A stretch of 64,000 bases of DNA from Chiloscyllium plagiosum. Lineage: Eukaryota. A program made the position numbers and the translations under genes. The notes below the pieces were generated by a model. That model searched no databases and was not told where the DNA came from. It worked only from the letters and a program-made list of their open reading frames with translations. Location of the stretch: positions 25,258,809 through 25,322,808 of the forward strand of contig NC_057719.1 of assembly GCF_004010195.1 (NCBI RefSeq), in the 5' to 3' direction. Below are positions 50,751 to 62,480 of the stretch, piece by piece (within the stretch, counting starts at the first letter, position 1; each line of letters opens with the position of its first letter).

Positions 50751-50957
50751 TTGTGAAACTCAATATTCAGATTGTCAAGTCATCATTATAAATAGAGCCT
50801 ATGATTACAAACCCTGGTGAATGCAAGGAACAAAGCTAAATGTTGAGGGACACGTTTGGGTATTATTGACTGTAACATTAATTTTTGAAATCTTATACAA
50901 TAATTGTAAATCATTCTTTCCCAGTCAGACTCGGCAGCTAATCTGCTTGGTCAAAGG

Positions 50958-51100
50958 TTGTGAAAAAGAGTCAGATTCAACTCAAAAACGTTAACTCTGT
51001 TTCTCTTTTCACAGATGCCGACAGAATTGCTGAGTATCTCCTGCACTTTGTGTCTTTATTTCAGATTTCAAGCATTTGCAATATTTTTCTCCAGTTTTAG
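50958..51100 (+). mobile_element. Penelope-like family A single arm with perfect 10-bp TSD
   Basis: TGGTCAAAGG at 50948-50957 and 51101-51110; the insert begins at a decayed hammerhead motif. Confidence 0.72.
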
Positions 51101-51212
51101 TGGTCAAAGGAACTGTTGTTATACTATGAAGAAACACTAGATTCATACATACACAAGACCTATGCAACACAGCAAGATTCTATTGAGAGGGTGTAGATAA
51201 TTTTCTTTTTAT

Positions 51213-51510
51213 TCTTTATTCATTTGTGGGATGTGGGTGTTTCTGGCTGAGCCAGCATGTATTGCTGGTCCCTTGTTGCCCTTGAGAAGGTGGTGGTGAG
51301 CTGCCACCTTGAATCGCTGCAGTCTGTCTGCTCTGGGTTGACCCACAATGCCATAACGGAGGTAATTCCAGGATTTTGACCCAACAACAGTGAAGGAATG
51401 GCAGTATACATTTCCAAGTCAGGATTGTGAGTAACTTGGAGGGGAACTTGTAGGTGGTGGTGTTTCCATGCATCTGCTGCCCTTTTCCTTCTAGATGGAA
51501 GTGGTCATGC
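51213..51510 (-). mobile_element. LINE 3' fragment (partner LINE of SINE family 2)
   Basis: TTTATTCATTTGTGGGATGTGGGTGTTTCTGGCTGAGCCAGCAT...CTTGAGAAGGTGGTGGTGAGCTGCC. Confidence 0.72.
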
Positions 51511-51799
51511 CATAAATCACTCAAAAAAAAAAACTCCAACTGGTCAGCTGAAAGCAAGTTTGCAGATAAATAAGTTTGTAACCTTTCTATAGTGCTAAAC
51601 TAAAACCAAGAGGGAACAGTCTAGGCCACCTTTAGCAGAATAGGCTGAAGGCACATTGTGGCGTACTTTTCCTATTTCTACACTAATGCTGACGGGAGGT
51701 AAAATGTAGTGAAATTGAGTGGAGGGTCCATTTTTATGAAAGCTGTGTGAGTGTATCGACACTGTCACAGCGTATCGACTCTGTGAGCATATCAGCACA

Positions 51800-51985
51800 T
51801 TAGCCTCAACCTCTGGATTACTAATGTTAACAGACTCAAAACCTGCTACTAAAGCTGCTGGATTTGAATGTCAATTTAAAAAATCCAGAATTGATAGCTG
51901 GTCTTTGTAACGATGACCATGAAACTATCATCAATTGTAATAGAATTTCATGCGGTTTGATGATGTCCTTTCAGGAGGGAAATAA
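51800..51985 (+). mobile_element. SINE family 2-related partial copy
   Basis: CTGGATTACTAAT...GATTTGAAT...ATGACCATGAAAC...ATGTCCTTTCAGG. Confidence 0.5.
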
Positions 51986-52128
51986 ATCATAGAAAAAAGG
52001 AACAAGACAAGGTCATTCAGCCCTTTGAACTTGCTGCACAATTCAATATGATCATGGCTGATCATACAACGCTATACCCTGTTCCTGCTTTCTCCCATAC
52101 CCTTTGACCCCTTTATCCGTAAGAACTA

Positions 52129-52641
52129 CAGTTGGTTCTGCTAAAGCATTATGTTTCTTCAATGCAAGTTGGCTTTAATGCGATTGAAGAATTCAGACCA
52201 TTATTTAGATTAGATTAGATTAGTTTACTTACAGTGTGGAAACAGGCCCTTCGGCCCAACAAGTCCACACTGACCTGCCGAAGCGTAACCCACCCATTTA
52301 CCCCTTTACCTAACACTACGGGCAATTTAGCATGGCCAATTCACCTGACATGCACATCTTTGGACTGTGGGAGTTAACCGGAGCACCCGGAGGAAACCCA
52401 CACAGACATGGGGAGAATGTGCAAACTCCACACAGTCAGTCGCCTGAGTCGGGAAATTAACCCGGGTCTCTGGCTAACCACTGTGCCACCGTGCCGCCGT
52501 AAACACTATTTGTAGAACACTATCTTTCCTTACTTGTACTGGCTATAACACATTAGATTAAATGGCATGGCTATTGTGCGATTTTCGTATAATGCGAGAT
52601 TGTATGAGAACAGAGCTATTGAGTTATTTCAGAACCTACTG
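52129..52641. mobile_element. pogo/Tigger-like MITE (related to 10928-11156) with TA TSD
   Basis: TA|CAGTTGGTTCTGCTA...TCAGAACCTACTG|TA. Confidence 0.72.
52205..52498 (-). mobile_element. HE1-type SINE nested in the MITE
   Basis: Young (AATCT)n-tailed copy; flanks CATTATTT/CACTATTT; ~16-nt deletion in the head. Confidence 0.9.
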
Positions 52642-53472
52642 TATAGTTAACTCCTAGTTGAAAGCATTCAAACCTTTGGCCTCAACTGTTTTCTTTAGCA
52701 GAGAATTTCACAGACTCGCCACACTCTAGGTTAAGAAATTTCTTCACTGTAATCCTAAACTGTGACCTCCTGGTTCTAGGCTCCCTGATTGTCAGGAACA
52801 TCCTTCCTGTGTTCATCCTGTCTAGTTGTGTTAGCAATTTATAGGTTTCTAAGAGACCACACTCCTCATTCTTCTAAACTCCAATAAATATAGCCCTAAC
52901 CAATCCAATGATTTTTCCTTTATCTGGGATGTGAAATTTTGATAGGATATCTTTTCTCACTCTAAAATTATTGCATTATATCCTCTTTCATGTTTACATA
53001 TGGCATGCTGAATTTTGGTATTTTAACTAAAACATTTAAGTGCACGTCTCCAAAGGTTGTGTGATTTAGGTTTATCTTTTTACAAAGCCTAATTAAAGCA
53101 AGATCTTTTAAAATCTGCGTTCAATGTGATTAAAGCCTAGATTCTGCTTTAATGCTCTGAGTACAGAGTGTTTTTAGAAATCCAAAGAATATGGGCAAAG
53201 GTCCAAATTGTGCTGCATTCGTCATTTGCCAACTCTTATTGGCTGTTGTATGCATAAATATGGCAGGTCTTGTTAATGACATTTTAGCTTTGCCTTACAA
53301 AAAATTCCAAAGTGGTTAGCTAAGGTGAAGCGAACAGGGAGAAATTCAGATCCCCTTAAGAACAGCCTAGACTATTCCTGTGAAAAGAAAACCTTTTTCA
53401 ATTGGCCAAAGGGCAGCCCTGTCTCTAAAGTAGTGTTAACAAGGACTTAACTATTTTATATTGAAACTATTT

Positions 53473-53579
53473 TGAAATAACTCCACCAAGGCTATTATCC
53501 CGTCACCAAGTCACCCTTTATTTACATGTGCATAGTACATGGTACTGTCCACCTGGTTGACCTCATTCCAATCAATACA
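53473..53579 (-). mobile_element. Internally deleted solo LTR (107 bp)
   Basis: Both termini present (TGAAATAACTCC...AATCAATACA); ATTT on both flanks; AATAAA on the minus strand. Confidence 0.68.
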
Positions 53580-54392
53580 ATTTGTTCTCTAAAAGCTGCA
53601 AAGATAGTTTGATTTGTCAGTCTCTACAAAATGCCCCCCGTATGATGAGTCTGGTTTCATTCTGCATCAAAATAACCTAACCCTTAATTTCCACATAAGA
53701 AAAATCTCTTTTGGCTGACTTTAAGATAGCAAGACTGAAATCAGCAATTCATCTTAGTGAGAGCAATGGTGAACCTCACTGTCTGTATGAGATGCCTAGA
53801 ATAAATTATGATGTCCAGAGATAATTGTGTTTAGAATCTTACAGATTGTGTAACCTACGTGCTATAACCTCCCACCATCCCAAGGTAGCAATGGCAAAGT
53901 TGGAAACTAGCAGTGTTTGAATCTTGATTTGTGCTGCTCATTCCACACCTTCAAGCTTAGAAGTTCAGAAATTTGACTCCAGTGGTGTCAGAAAATGGGA
54001 AGTATCTGATTAGCCACTAATTCTACCGGACACCTGGTGATCTGTCCAGTCTATTCAATAGGATTCAATGTGTAGAATGGGCAGCCTGCTCATTTACCAT
54101 CCATTTATTGTCTCTGCTTGAGACACCCAAACACTTTAGACCTATTTTTGAAAAGCAATGCAAACTATCCTTAGAACAAAACCATTTTGGAATTTGACAA
54201 AGCCCATGCACCCATTGAGCTGATCTTAAATCTCTCGAGTTATGTCAACAGGAAGTTTCCCTGAAAAAGATGTGGTTTTCTATATGTTACGCAAGAGAGC
54301 TAGTGGCCTCCTAACAAGTAATAAGTTTTCACATTGATGCAAAAACTGTGCTTTTTATGCCAAACCCAATGACTGGTCTGATTTTGTTGCAG

Positions 54393-54709
54393 GATATGAA
54401 GGCGTTCCAGAGTTCTTCACTGAACTGATAAACCACATTCAGGTTGTTCTGCAAGATCAAAACCCAGAATCTCCTCAGTTCAACCAGAATGGAAAGGCGG
54501 CTGAACAGGTGACGAGCATTTGTGGGGACCGGCCCTGTTCTGCCGCCTCAGGCTATGTGACCATGGCAGCAAATGATACATGGCTTGTAGAAGATGACCC
54601 AAGCAGCAGCAAGAGGCTGCAGCACCAACGACTAAGTTGCAATTCTGCTTTGCCACCCAACTTTCAGAACTGTGTCGCTCCCGTGGCGACTAAGGCATCT
54701 TCACAATAA
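54393..54709 (+). CDS. ITPK1: ITPK1 terminal coding exon, GYEGVPEFFTELINHIQVVLQ...HQRLSCNSALPPNFQNCVAPVATKASSQ-stop
   Basis: Acceptor attttgttgcAG at 54391-54392. Open frame to TAA at 54707-54709; ends ATKASSQ like mammalian ITPK1. Confidence 0.95.
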
Positions 54710-57700
54710 CCACTGAGAACACTGGACCAAGCCCAAGGAAAGACCTTTAATGGGGATCAACTTGAACCACTTTCAACAAATCAATAAAACAATTTGTGTT
54801 TTGTTTGAATGATTTCACAGACTGACACATTGACTGGAGCACAGTATCAAAGGTGTTTTGAGAAGCAGGTTGCAGATCCTTTGGTAAAGTCAAATAATAA
54901 ACTCAATCTAATTTTCCTTAAACATTAACATAGCAAAAGTTGCTTTGGTGAACTTTTATTACATAGGAGCTATTATTAATGCTCTCAACAGGAATCGATC
55001 ACCAGTGGCTAGTTGAGTTAATCAGGAATCCTTCCTTTTTGTCCTAGACATTCAAGCATTTATCTTTCTTCCCTCTTGACTGTTCACCTTAACCAGTACA
55101 CAATACCCAAATGGTTTGAGCTGTTTTGAAAGTTATCTTTAGGTTCATTTTAAAAACTGCAAGACATTAAAGTTCTGTGGATTTTACACATTATTAGACA
55201 CTAGTGAGATCTGCCAATCTGAGAGAACCTGGCTGAAGTTTAGATCAGGACATGCTGTTGGCTTTATTTGGTGAGAATTGTTCAGTAAATGGATGTTCTG
55301 TTATTTAAAGTTTAAATAAAACTGAAATGTTAGTTTGAGGGGATATTGATGTACAGTAAAGTGCCATTTTGCCTACCTACTGGCAGGTTAAACCAGGGCA
55401 GTTAAAAGCATGTAAATGCACAAAGTAGATTCCATGAGCAGAGACATGATGGTCTGGCATCCTCTTCAGTCATCCTATTTGTTTTCAGTTAAATTGTGAA
55501 TAATAATACACTTCCATACGTGATCTTCACTTCATCTAAAATCAACTGTGTGAATGCACCTGCAAATAGTTTAAACAAAAGTATTAACCATTAGATTGTG
55601 ATGCTTACAGCTTAATGTTGCAAACAGTGATACTTTTCCCTTGGTTCTATTTCTTAGAAAAGCAGCATTGAGTAATTTGTGACATTTTCAAAACTGATAG
55701 TTTACAAATGCTATGGTGACTCCAGTCAGCATTAGTTCTTTCCCTATGATATCAGTGTTTCAGTATTTAAACAGAGACCTGCAGTTTCAGTAACCCTCAG
55801 TTTAGGTGATCTTAGAACAATATGGGAACAGTCAGAAGTAGGGTGTTAAAGTGCTTTCTATGTTAAAGGAATAAAAGGGGGGAGTTTGCCTCTAGAAACC
55901 AAAGGTAAATGGCCATTTTATTTGATTAAGTTTGTGATTCCAAGTGTTCACTACCTTTTTATAAACAAAGCAAAAATCCATATTTTTTGACTCAAATCTA
56001 AAATATTTAGATCTGGATGACATTGGTTGAGCAATCTATTTTAGGCGCCACAATGGATTGTGTTGTAATTAAAACTTAAAATCAAAGTTTAAGACAGTGT
56101 ACTTGAATTTTTCAAAATTGTACCATTATCAGGCTAACCTATTGCTTTAATAAACACTCCAGTTAACATGATTGAGCTTAGGAGGGCTTTGTTGAGTGTA
56201 TTGTAACAATCTACATCTCTGAACCACTCTAATCATCTTGGGACTCTTAAAAGAAAATATTATGGCTGGAGCCATTGGGGTGGTTCTAAATGTGACATGT
56301 TCCTATTGGGAGTGCCATGGAAACCAGGCCTAAATATGTTTACAGCAAATCAAGTTGAGTGCACTAGATATTAGATGGCCACCTTAATGTGTTGATTTAT
56401 TTCCTCTCTTGTCTCGTTGCATGAGAAGTGATGTGAGATTAATGAGTGATTTTCTTGCTGCCTTAAAATATTGGCTTGACCTTGTTGCACTGCTTCCTTC
56501 TTTGATATCAACTACTGAAAGTAATTGGGAATTTAGCAATTTAATAAAAAAAGAGTTTTTTTATTCATTGTCTGAGTTGAGATTCACAAAGTTCAATTCT
56601 CTGAACAATATTACCAGAAGGTGGCATATTTAATCAGCTTCACTATTGCTTGCAAGTGTTGCTACATTACCTGCAATCTTAAAGTGATGCAGTTCATGTT
56701 GTGGATATTTCAAAAGGGGTTAGTTGATCTCCATAAATACAAAATGGAAAATTCAGGCTAAAGTAGATTCTTTCAGTAATATTCTGGGAGGAACTCTTGG
56801 GATTTGATGTTCTTCACTTTAAGCAAGGAATATTGTTTTTCCATAGTTACTTTTTGTTCTTTTCCTCCCAGATGTGAATTTCAGAGCTGTTGCCCTTTTG
56901 TAGAGAATTGGTATGGGAACAGAATTAATTTGCTGTTTCATTTATCCCTTTTTCTTTTTGGGAGCAAGGGTTATTTCTCAGTAAGATTTGATAAAATTCA
57001 GCCAACAATACTGTCAATGGTGGATGAGCTTTGAGTAGCCAGTATCCTTCAATTCAAATTCCTTCCTTGACCACTGTCCTGTTTACAAAATACTGAATAA
57101 TCCATGATATTATCATAGTTTGACTCAAAGTAAATGCTGACAACAAAATTACTGCTACTTCAGTGACCAATTATTTCAGCGAAACTATTGAGGAAATACT
57201 CTTGCTTACAACACTCCATTTGTTTTGTGTTAACTGTTCCAGTAGCACCATCTTATTGCCCCATACATTTAGTTATTGTCCTAAGGTCTTTTGGAATAGG
57301 TTGCACGTTTGTGTTTTAAGTAGGCATTTTTGGCATCTTCCATCAAATGAAGAATCTGCCGTTTTGGTTCAAAAAGTTCCTGACTTTGAAACCATAGTTC
57401 ATCTGAACCTTAGTAATGCTTAGGTCTGAGTTAGACAAATTGTATGTTCATCTGGTGTCATAATGATAGAACCCAATGCTTTCTGGTAATATTGTATAGT
57501 TGGAAAGTATTTGTTTAAGTTGTACACTCTAGTGACCAGTGGAGTGTGTAGTCTATAATATGTATTTTATGTAATATATATTTTGTGGCACCAGTAATCA
57601 CAGTCTACACAGCTTCACCAAAATGTATTTATTAGTTTATCCATTTTATTTTTTAATAATTGCTGCTTACATAAAACCAAAAATAAATTTGCTGTTTATT

Positions 57701-58690
57701 CTGCTAATTTTAATGCATGAAAGACAGCATAACTGTCTCATGTAAGTGAATGATCCTCCAATTTTACCCCTTATGTAGTGATTTTGGAAAAACAGAATTC
57801 TGGTTCTGGATGTTGACAAACCATTTGGAATGATTCAGTGACCAATAGCAGACCAATTTAAGTAGAGTAACTACATTAGTTGAATTTTGCAATGTAAACT
57901 AACCATTTAATTATTGTATTTCTTAAACTGGCTTCAAGGGACCAGACCTTTGTAATAATCCAGCCCTGAATTGGATTTTTCTATTGTGACTTTGTGTTGT
58001 GTTTCAGCTCAGTATAGTTGAAAATAAGAGGAAATGTGTATGTAATATGAATCTTAAACCTTGCTTCACGGTGTGTTTCATTTTGTAAATGTTGCATTAT
58101 TAAGACATTTATGTGTACATTTTCAAAGTTATAAACATTACCACTTTTGATGAGAACAGTAGTATGTAGTGGGCAGATATAACCTGTGGAACAGAGGAGG
58201 GTAAATTTAAATGGGATGGGGACAAAGATGAGATGACTCAAAGGGTTTTACACATGTAATTGATGTCAGTGCGCAAATATATTGGGATGAACAAGAAAAT
58301 GTCGGTCACGTAGAGACAAACTAACAAGGACTGAAGTGCTTTAATGTAATTTTGCTTTCTATATAAGGTGTTTCCAGTGTAAAGTTGAGTTAAAACAAGG
58401 TAACGATGATACTACATTAAACATATTTGTAAGGGGATTGAGGGGAGTGGGTGAAGAATTTGCCCTGTTTGGAACATGCTTCTTTTGTTTTGACTGCTGT
58501 CCTCATTATGACCTTACCCAGTTACGCAATGGTAAAATGTTCCTTGGAGAGTACAAGAAAGACTGAGCTGCTCTTTGCCCAATTGAAAAAGATTTTTTCT
58601 TCTATTCTAGTGTATTTGGTAGCTGAATTAATATAGCTCACAAAATGTTCTTCTTTATTTACAATAAAAGATCCAAAGTGGGTTCTTGGA
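54710..58690 (+). other. ITPK1: Putative long ITPK1 3'UTR with several candidate poly(A) signals
   Basis: About 4.3 kb of AT-rich sequence with no recognisable repeat follows the stop codon. AATAAA occurs at 54783, 54896, 55315, 55870, 56148, 56543, 57682 and 58663. The true end is unknown. Confidence 0.55.
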
Positions 58691-58987
58691 GCCTGTTATT
58701 AACACAGTACAATAGAATACTTCCATAAAGCGTAGGTAACCATTCGACTCTTAGGAATTATGTAGCAAAATGCTTTTGAGCTTATTCTTATTCTCCGAGC
58801 TTCAAAAGGTAATGTCTTAAATTTGAATTATGCAAAGCTTTGACGACTAACATTTGAAGATTCAAATGTGATCTGAGATTTAGACCTGAACTTTCATAAA
58901 ATAGAATACTGTAAGTTTGAGAAGAAACCAGGCTGGAATGAATTTATTAGCTAAAATATATTTGAGTATGGCTTGTTAAAGTCCTAA

Positions 58988-59077
58988 TAGAATTAGAATC
59001 CCTCAGTGTGGAAACAGGCCCTACGGCCCAACAAGTCCACACTGACCCTCTGAAGAGTAACCCATCTTAGACCCATT
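58988..59077 (-). mobile_element. HE1-type SINE 3' fragment
   Basis: CAGTGTGGAAACAGGCCCTACGGCCCAACAAGTCCACAC. Confidence 0.8.
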
Positions 59078-59219
59078 AATGGTTAGTGAATCTCACTATT
59101 ATAGTAAAGAAAGACCTTTGGTTGGGCCATTGAAAGCAACAATGCTGCTGTCATGGGTTGAGGAAAGGAAGAAAATAAATTCCTCATTATAATTTAACAA
59201 TTTTCCTTGTGGCAAAGAT

Positions 59220-59527
59220 TTTAGATTAGATTCCCGACAGTGTGGAAACAGGCCTTTTGCCCCAACAAGCCCACACCAACCCTCCGAAGAGCAACCCACC
59301 CAGACCCATTCCCCTACATTCGCCCCTGACTAATGCACCTAACACTACGGGCAATTTAGCACGACCAATACACCTAACCTGCACATCTTTGGACTGTGGG
59401 AGGAAACCGGAGCACCCGGAGGAAACCCACACAGCCACTGGGAGAATGTGCAAACTCCACACAGACAGTTGCCCAAGGCAGGAATTGAACCCGGGTCCCT
59501 GGCACTGTGAGGCAGCTGTGCCACCCT
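59220..59527 (-). mobile_element. HE1-type SINE
   Basis: Near full length with (AATCT)n tail. Confidence 0.9.
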
Positions 59528-62366
59528 ACTTATTAGGCCTAAAAATCTGTGAGCCGTTGAAATATGTGGTCAGCACTGTTTTTATTGGTTTTTCCCAGTC
59601 CCTTTCCAGACAGCACGAGTCAATTGGACTCACCATTCCCAGCTCACATACAACCCCTCACCTGAATCCCTACTGGACTGCATAACTCAGTGGCACAAAT
59701 GGCAATGTCTCCACGCGCCAATTCATTGGGACGATGTCTTGAATTTTGAGTATTTTCTCATTGAGAAACGCACCCACTTAAATACTCGTGTGTAAGATCC
59801 CCAAGTAAGATCCCATTCACATTTATTTATTGAACCACTAAAGTACCTGTGATGTTTCAACTCTTTGAATACTGGGAATTCAACTTTGTGACCTCCATGT
59901 TGATCTGTTCAGTGTGCACATCTTTAGTGGAAAATCAGATTTAAAAAAAAATGAGTTTGCATTGTTTTTAAGAGTCTGGATAAAGTGACTACAAAACATT
60001 TGCATGTGGAGATAGCAGTCAGGCCTGATAATATTTTCCAACATTTGAAATTCTAATGGCTCCCTGTATTATTCATGTTTGACTCTTAGTCTGTGCTATG
60101 TTCTTTTGAAGAGGTCATGGGGGGAAAATGTCAGTCCCTTGCTTTAGTAAGCTCCAGCTTTCAAACGCTTGATCAGTGGGCAATTTAGTTTAAACTAAAA
60201 TTAAATTATAGTCAACTTCAAAGAAAAGTTTGAGGATCTGCCTGAAGACAGTTGCTTCTAGCTGTATTAAGGAGTTATTTATGCTATTTCTCTTCACTGT
60301 ACCAATTCATGCTTTCAGGTAAGCAAAATATCCTGAGCTCAAAGAGACCACATTGTTGACCTATCTTAAAAACATTGCTGTATCGATAGCATGTGGTGAT
60401 TGGCAATTCTCCCCAATAAGGACAGTGAAGTGACGGTTAGTTGAAATGGTCAATTTTTGTTCAGTTTCAGAGGAATTGAGCAAATTCCCACCTTTCTTCA
60501 ACTACCTGATTTAAAAAGTGGAGCTTTTTAATAAGCTACACTTAACTCAAAAACAATATGGCTTCATCCATTCCAGTACTTTTGGCTTAAAAGTTGAACT
60601 GAAGGGCTGTCATTAAAAAGTTATCTACTTAAAAGGATAGGTATGAGATTTTAATGCCTTCCATTTTTAAACCAAGCTTTATGGCAAATAAAGTTGGTTT
60701 TATAGAGAATTTTTATTTAACTGTAACATATTACCTAAGTGAATTAAAACCCTTGGATTTGTTCCATTTCAATATCTTGATGGTAACAAATTTACAGTTT
60801 CAAAGATTTTAATTCTGCGAAATGGGCAGCGAAATGAATCAAACACTGTCCTTCTAACTTGGGTCTGGGTTCAAATCTAACACTGGCTGAAAGACTTTGA
60901 AAGATTAAGGGTCTGGAGTGAAGTGAATCTTGGATAATTTAATACAGTGATTATCGAGCTACAGCATTAATCTCTACTTGTACATCTCGAAGGAGGGAGA
61001 GGGTGTAGAGACTGGAATATCACTATCTGGATTGAGGTTTAGAGATGTCCATTCAGGATAGTAGAGGACCTTTGCATCTCACTCATTGGAAATGTTATTG
61101 AGTGTAGAGTAAAAATAATGTTCAGCTTCCATTCACCACAGTCATCTCTCATACTGTTTCTCACATACTGAAAAGTAATTTCCATTAGACATGTGACCAG
61201 TGCATCTTATGAAACTGTGGCCTACCAAAGAAAAACTATACAATGCCCTGAAGCTGTTGTTGCCTGTATGTTACATCTGCATAAGCTTTTGCCATTTAAA
61301 AAGTGGTTTGTTTAAGTATAATGAACATTTTGATTTAAACAATCCCTAACATTTTATTCAGCTTGTATATTTTGCTCCCTGATGCTGAACAGTATCTAGT
61401 GTAAATTGTAGAACTGTATATGTAATTGATCATTGATGCATGTCAACAATTTCCACTACCTCTTATTTGCTCCAACAGATAGTAAGTTGCTAGTAACTCA
61501 TGTTCATGAATAGTGGCTTTTGAAATAGTTAGAGGTGAAGGAAAAGCTTGGAAAAACTGACAGAAGGAAGTTAATGTCATGTTATTGACTGAAAATCTGC
61601 CTCACTTTGCAGTGCAATCAGTTGGGTTTGACCAATTCCCTTACTTGTGCCTTGAACCTAACCATGCTCCTTTTCTCCCCCCACTGTGTGCATGATCGTA
61701 CATTCACCAAAATAGTAAAAAGAAAACAATAGCAAAATTTCAAATGGTCTTTGTTATTGCTTTAGGGTGTGTGTACTCCTGTTTGCCGATTAGTCAATGT
61801 GCTGTCTGTTTCGAAATGGACTTAGAAAATTATCTAAAATATACCTCCTGTACCCCTCTTTTCATTGAATAAGAGTTCACCTCATACAGAGTTGCAAATT
61901 GTTCCATCCTCTTGTCCTGAGATATTGTTATTAAATTAAGTACTTTTATAATCACCACTAAAAAGAAGATGCATTTTTTGCAACTGAAGTCAGGGGGGTA
62001 GAATAAGTTTTTAATTAATTTGTTTGAAGATGCTAAAAGGTAAAGTGAACACGGTTTATTTGGTCAGGAACTTGGATCTCCAACCCACTTGATTCCCAAT
62101 GTGTTAGCAAATTAGCTTCCTGCCTCTGGGCCTTTTTCACTAGTGAATGTTTTGTGGGGAGAAGTTTGCAGTGGTGGATACTCACTCAAGCAGCAGATAG
62201 ACTTAAGTCAATTAAACAGCCAATTGAAACCACTCTTTTGGTTCTGATAGCTTTATGGGATGCCTGCAGAGTTTGAAGCCTGGCTGATCAATGGATGCCA
62301 TATCCTGGCAGCAAACCAAAGATCAGTGCTTTATTACTAATGTTAAATCTTCTCCCCCCCCCCCAC

Positions 62367-62480
62367 TGAAATAACTCTACAGAGGTCAGTATCTCATCAC
62401 CAAGTCACCCTTTCGTTACACAGAGTCCTTGACACTGATTCAAGCTCTGAGTGAACAGAATCTCTGACACTTCTGTTTTA
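62367..62480 (-). mobile_element. Solo-LTR fragment truncated at its TATA-like site
   Basis: TGAAATAACTCTACAGAGG...CACCAAGTCACCCTTT...GCTCTGAGTGAACAGAATCTCTGACAC. Confidence 0.7.

Larger units (their letters stand above)
51986..52910 (-). mobile_element. Old CR1 3' fragment carrying a nested MITE and SINE
   Basis: The CR1 3'UTR at 51986-52128 continues at 52642-52910. Confidence 0.7.

Noticed and set aside
50771..50820. Possible alternative last exon giving ...AFP-DCQVIIINRAYDYKPW-stop, echoing a short human ITPK1 isoform end I recall as DCQV...
   Set aside because: The acceptor lacks a polypyrimidine tract and abuts a young SINE. A four-residue match from unverified memory is compatible with chance; junction reads would be needed.
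54707..54787. Stop-codon readthrough extension (25 open codons after TAA)
   Set aside because: UAA is the least leaky stop, there is no UGA-CUAG context, and 25 codons is unremarkable.
60825..61090. Possible LF-SINE-like ancient SINE relic (also a head-like piece near 6880-6940)
   Set aside because: Similarity is too weak to support by eye; needs an nhmmer/Dfam search.
59700..62340. Possible 3' end of a convergent neighbouring gene (CHGA neighbours ITPK1 in human)
   Set aside because: No recognisable coding exon on the minus strand in this window.
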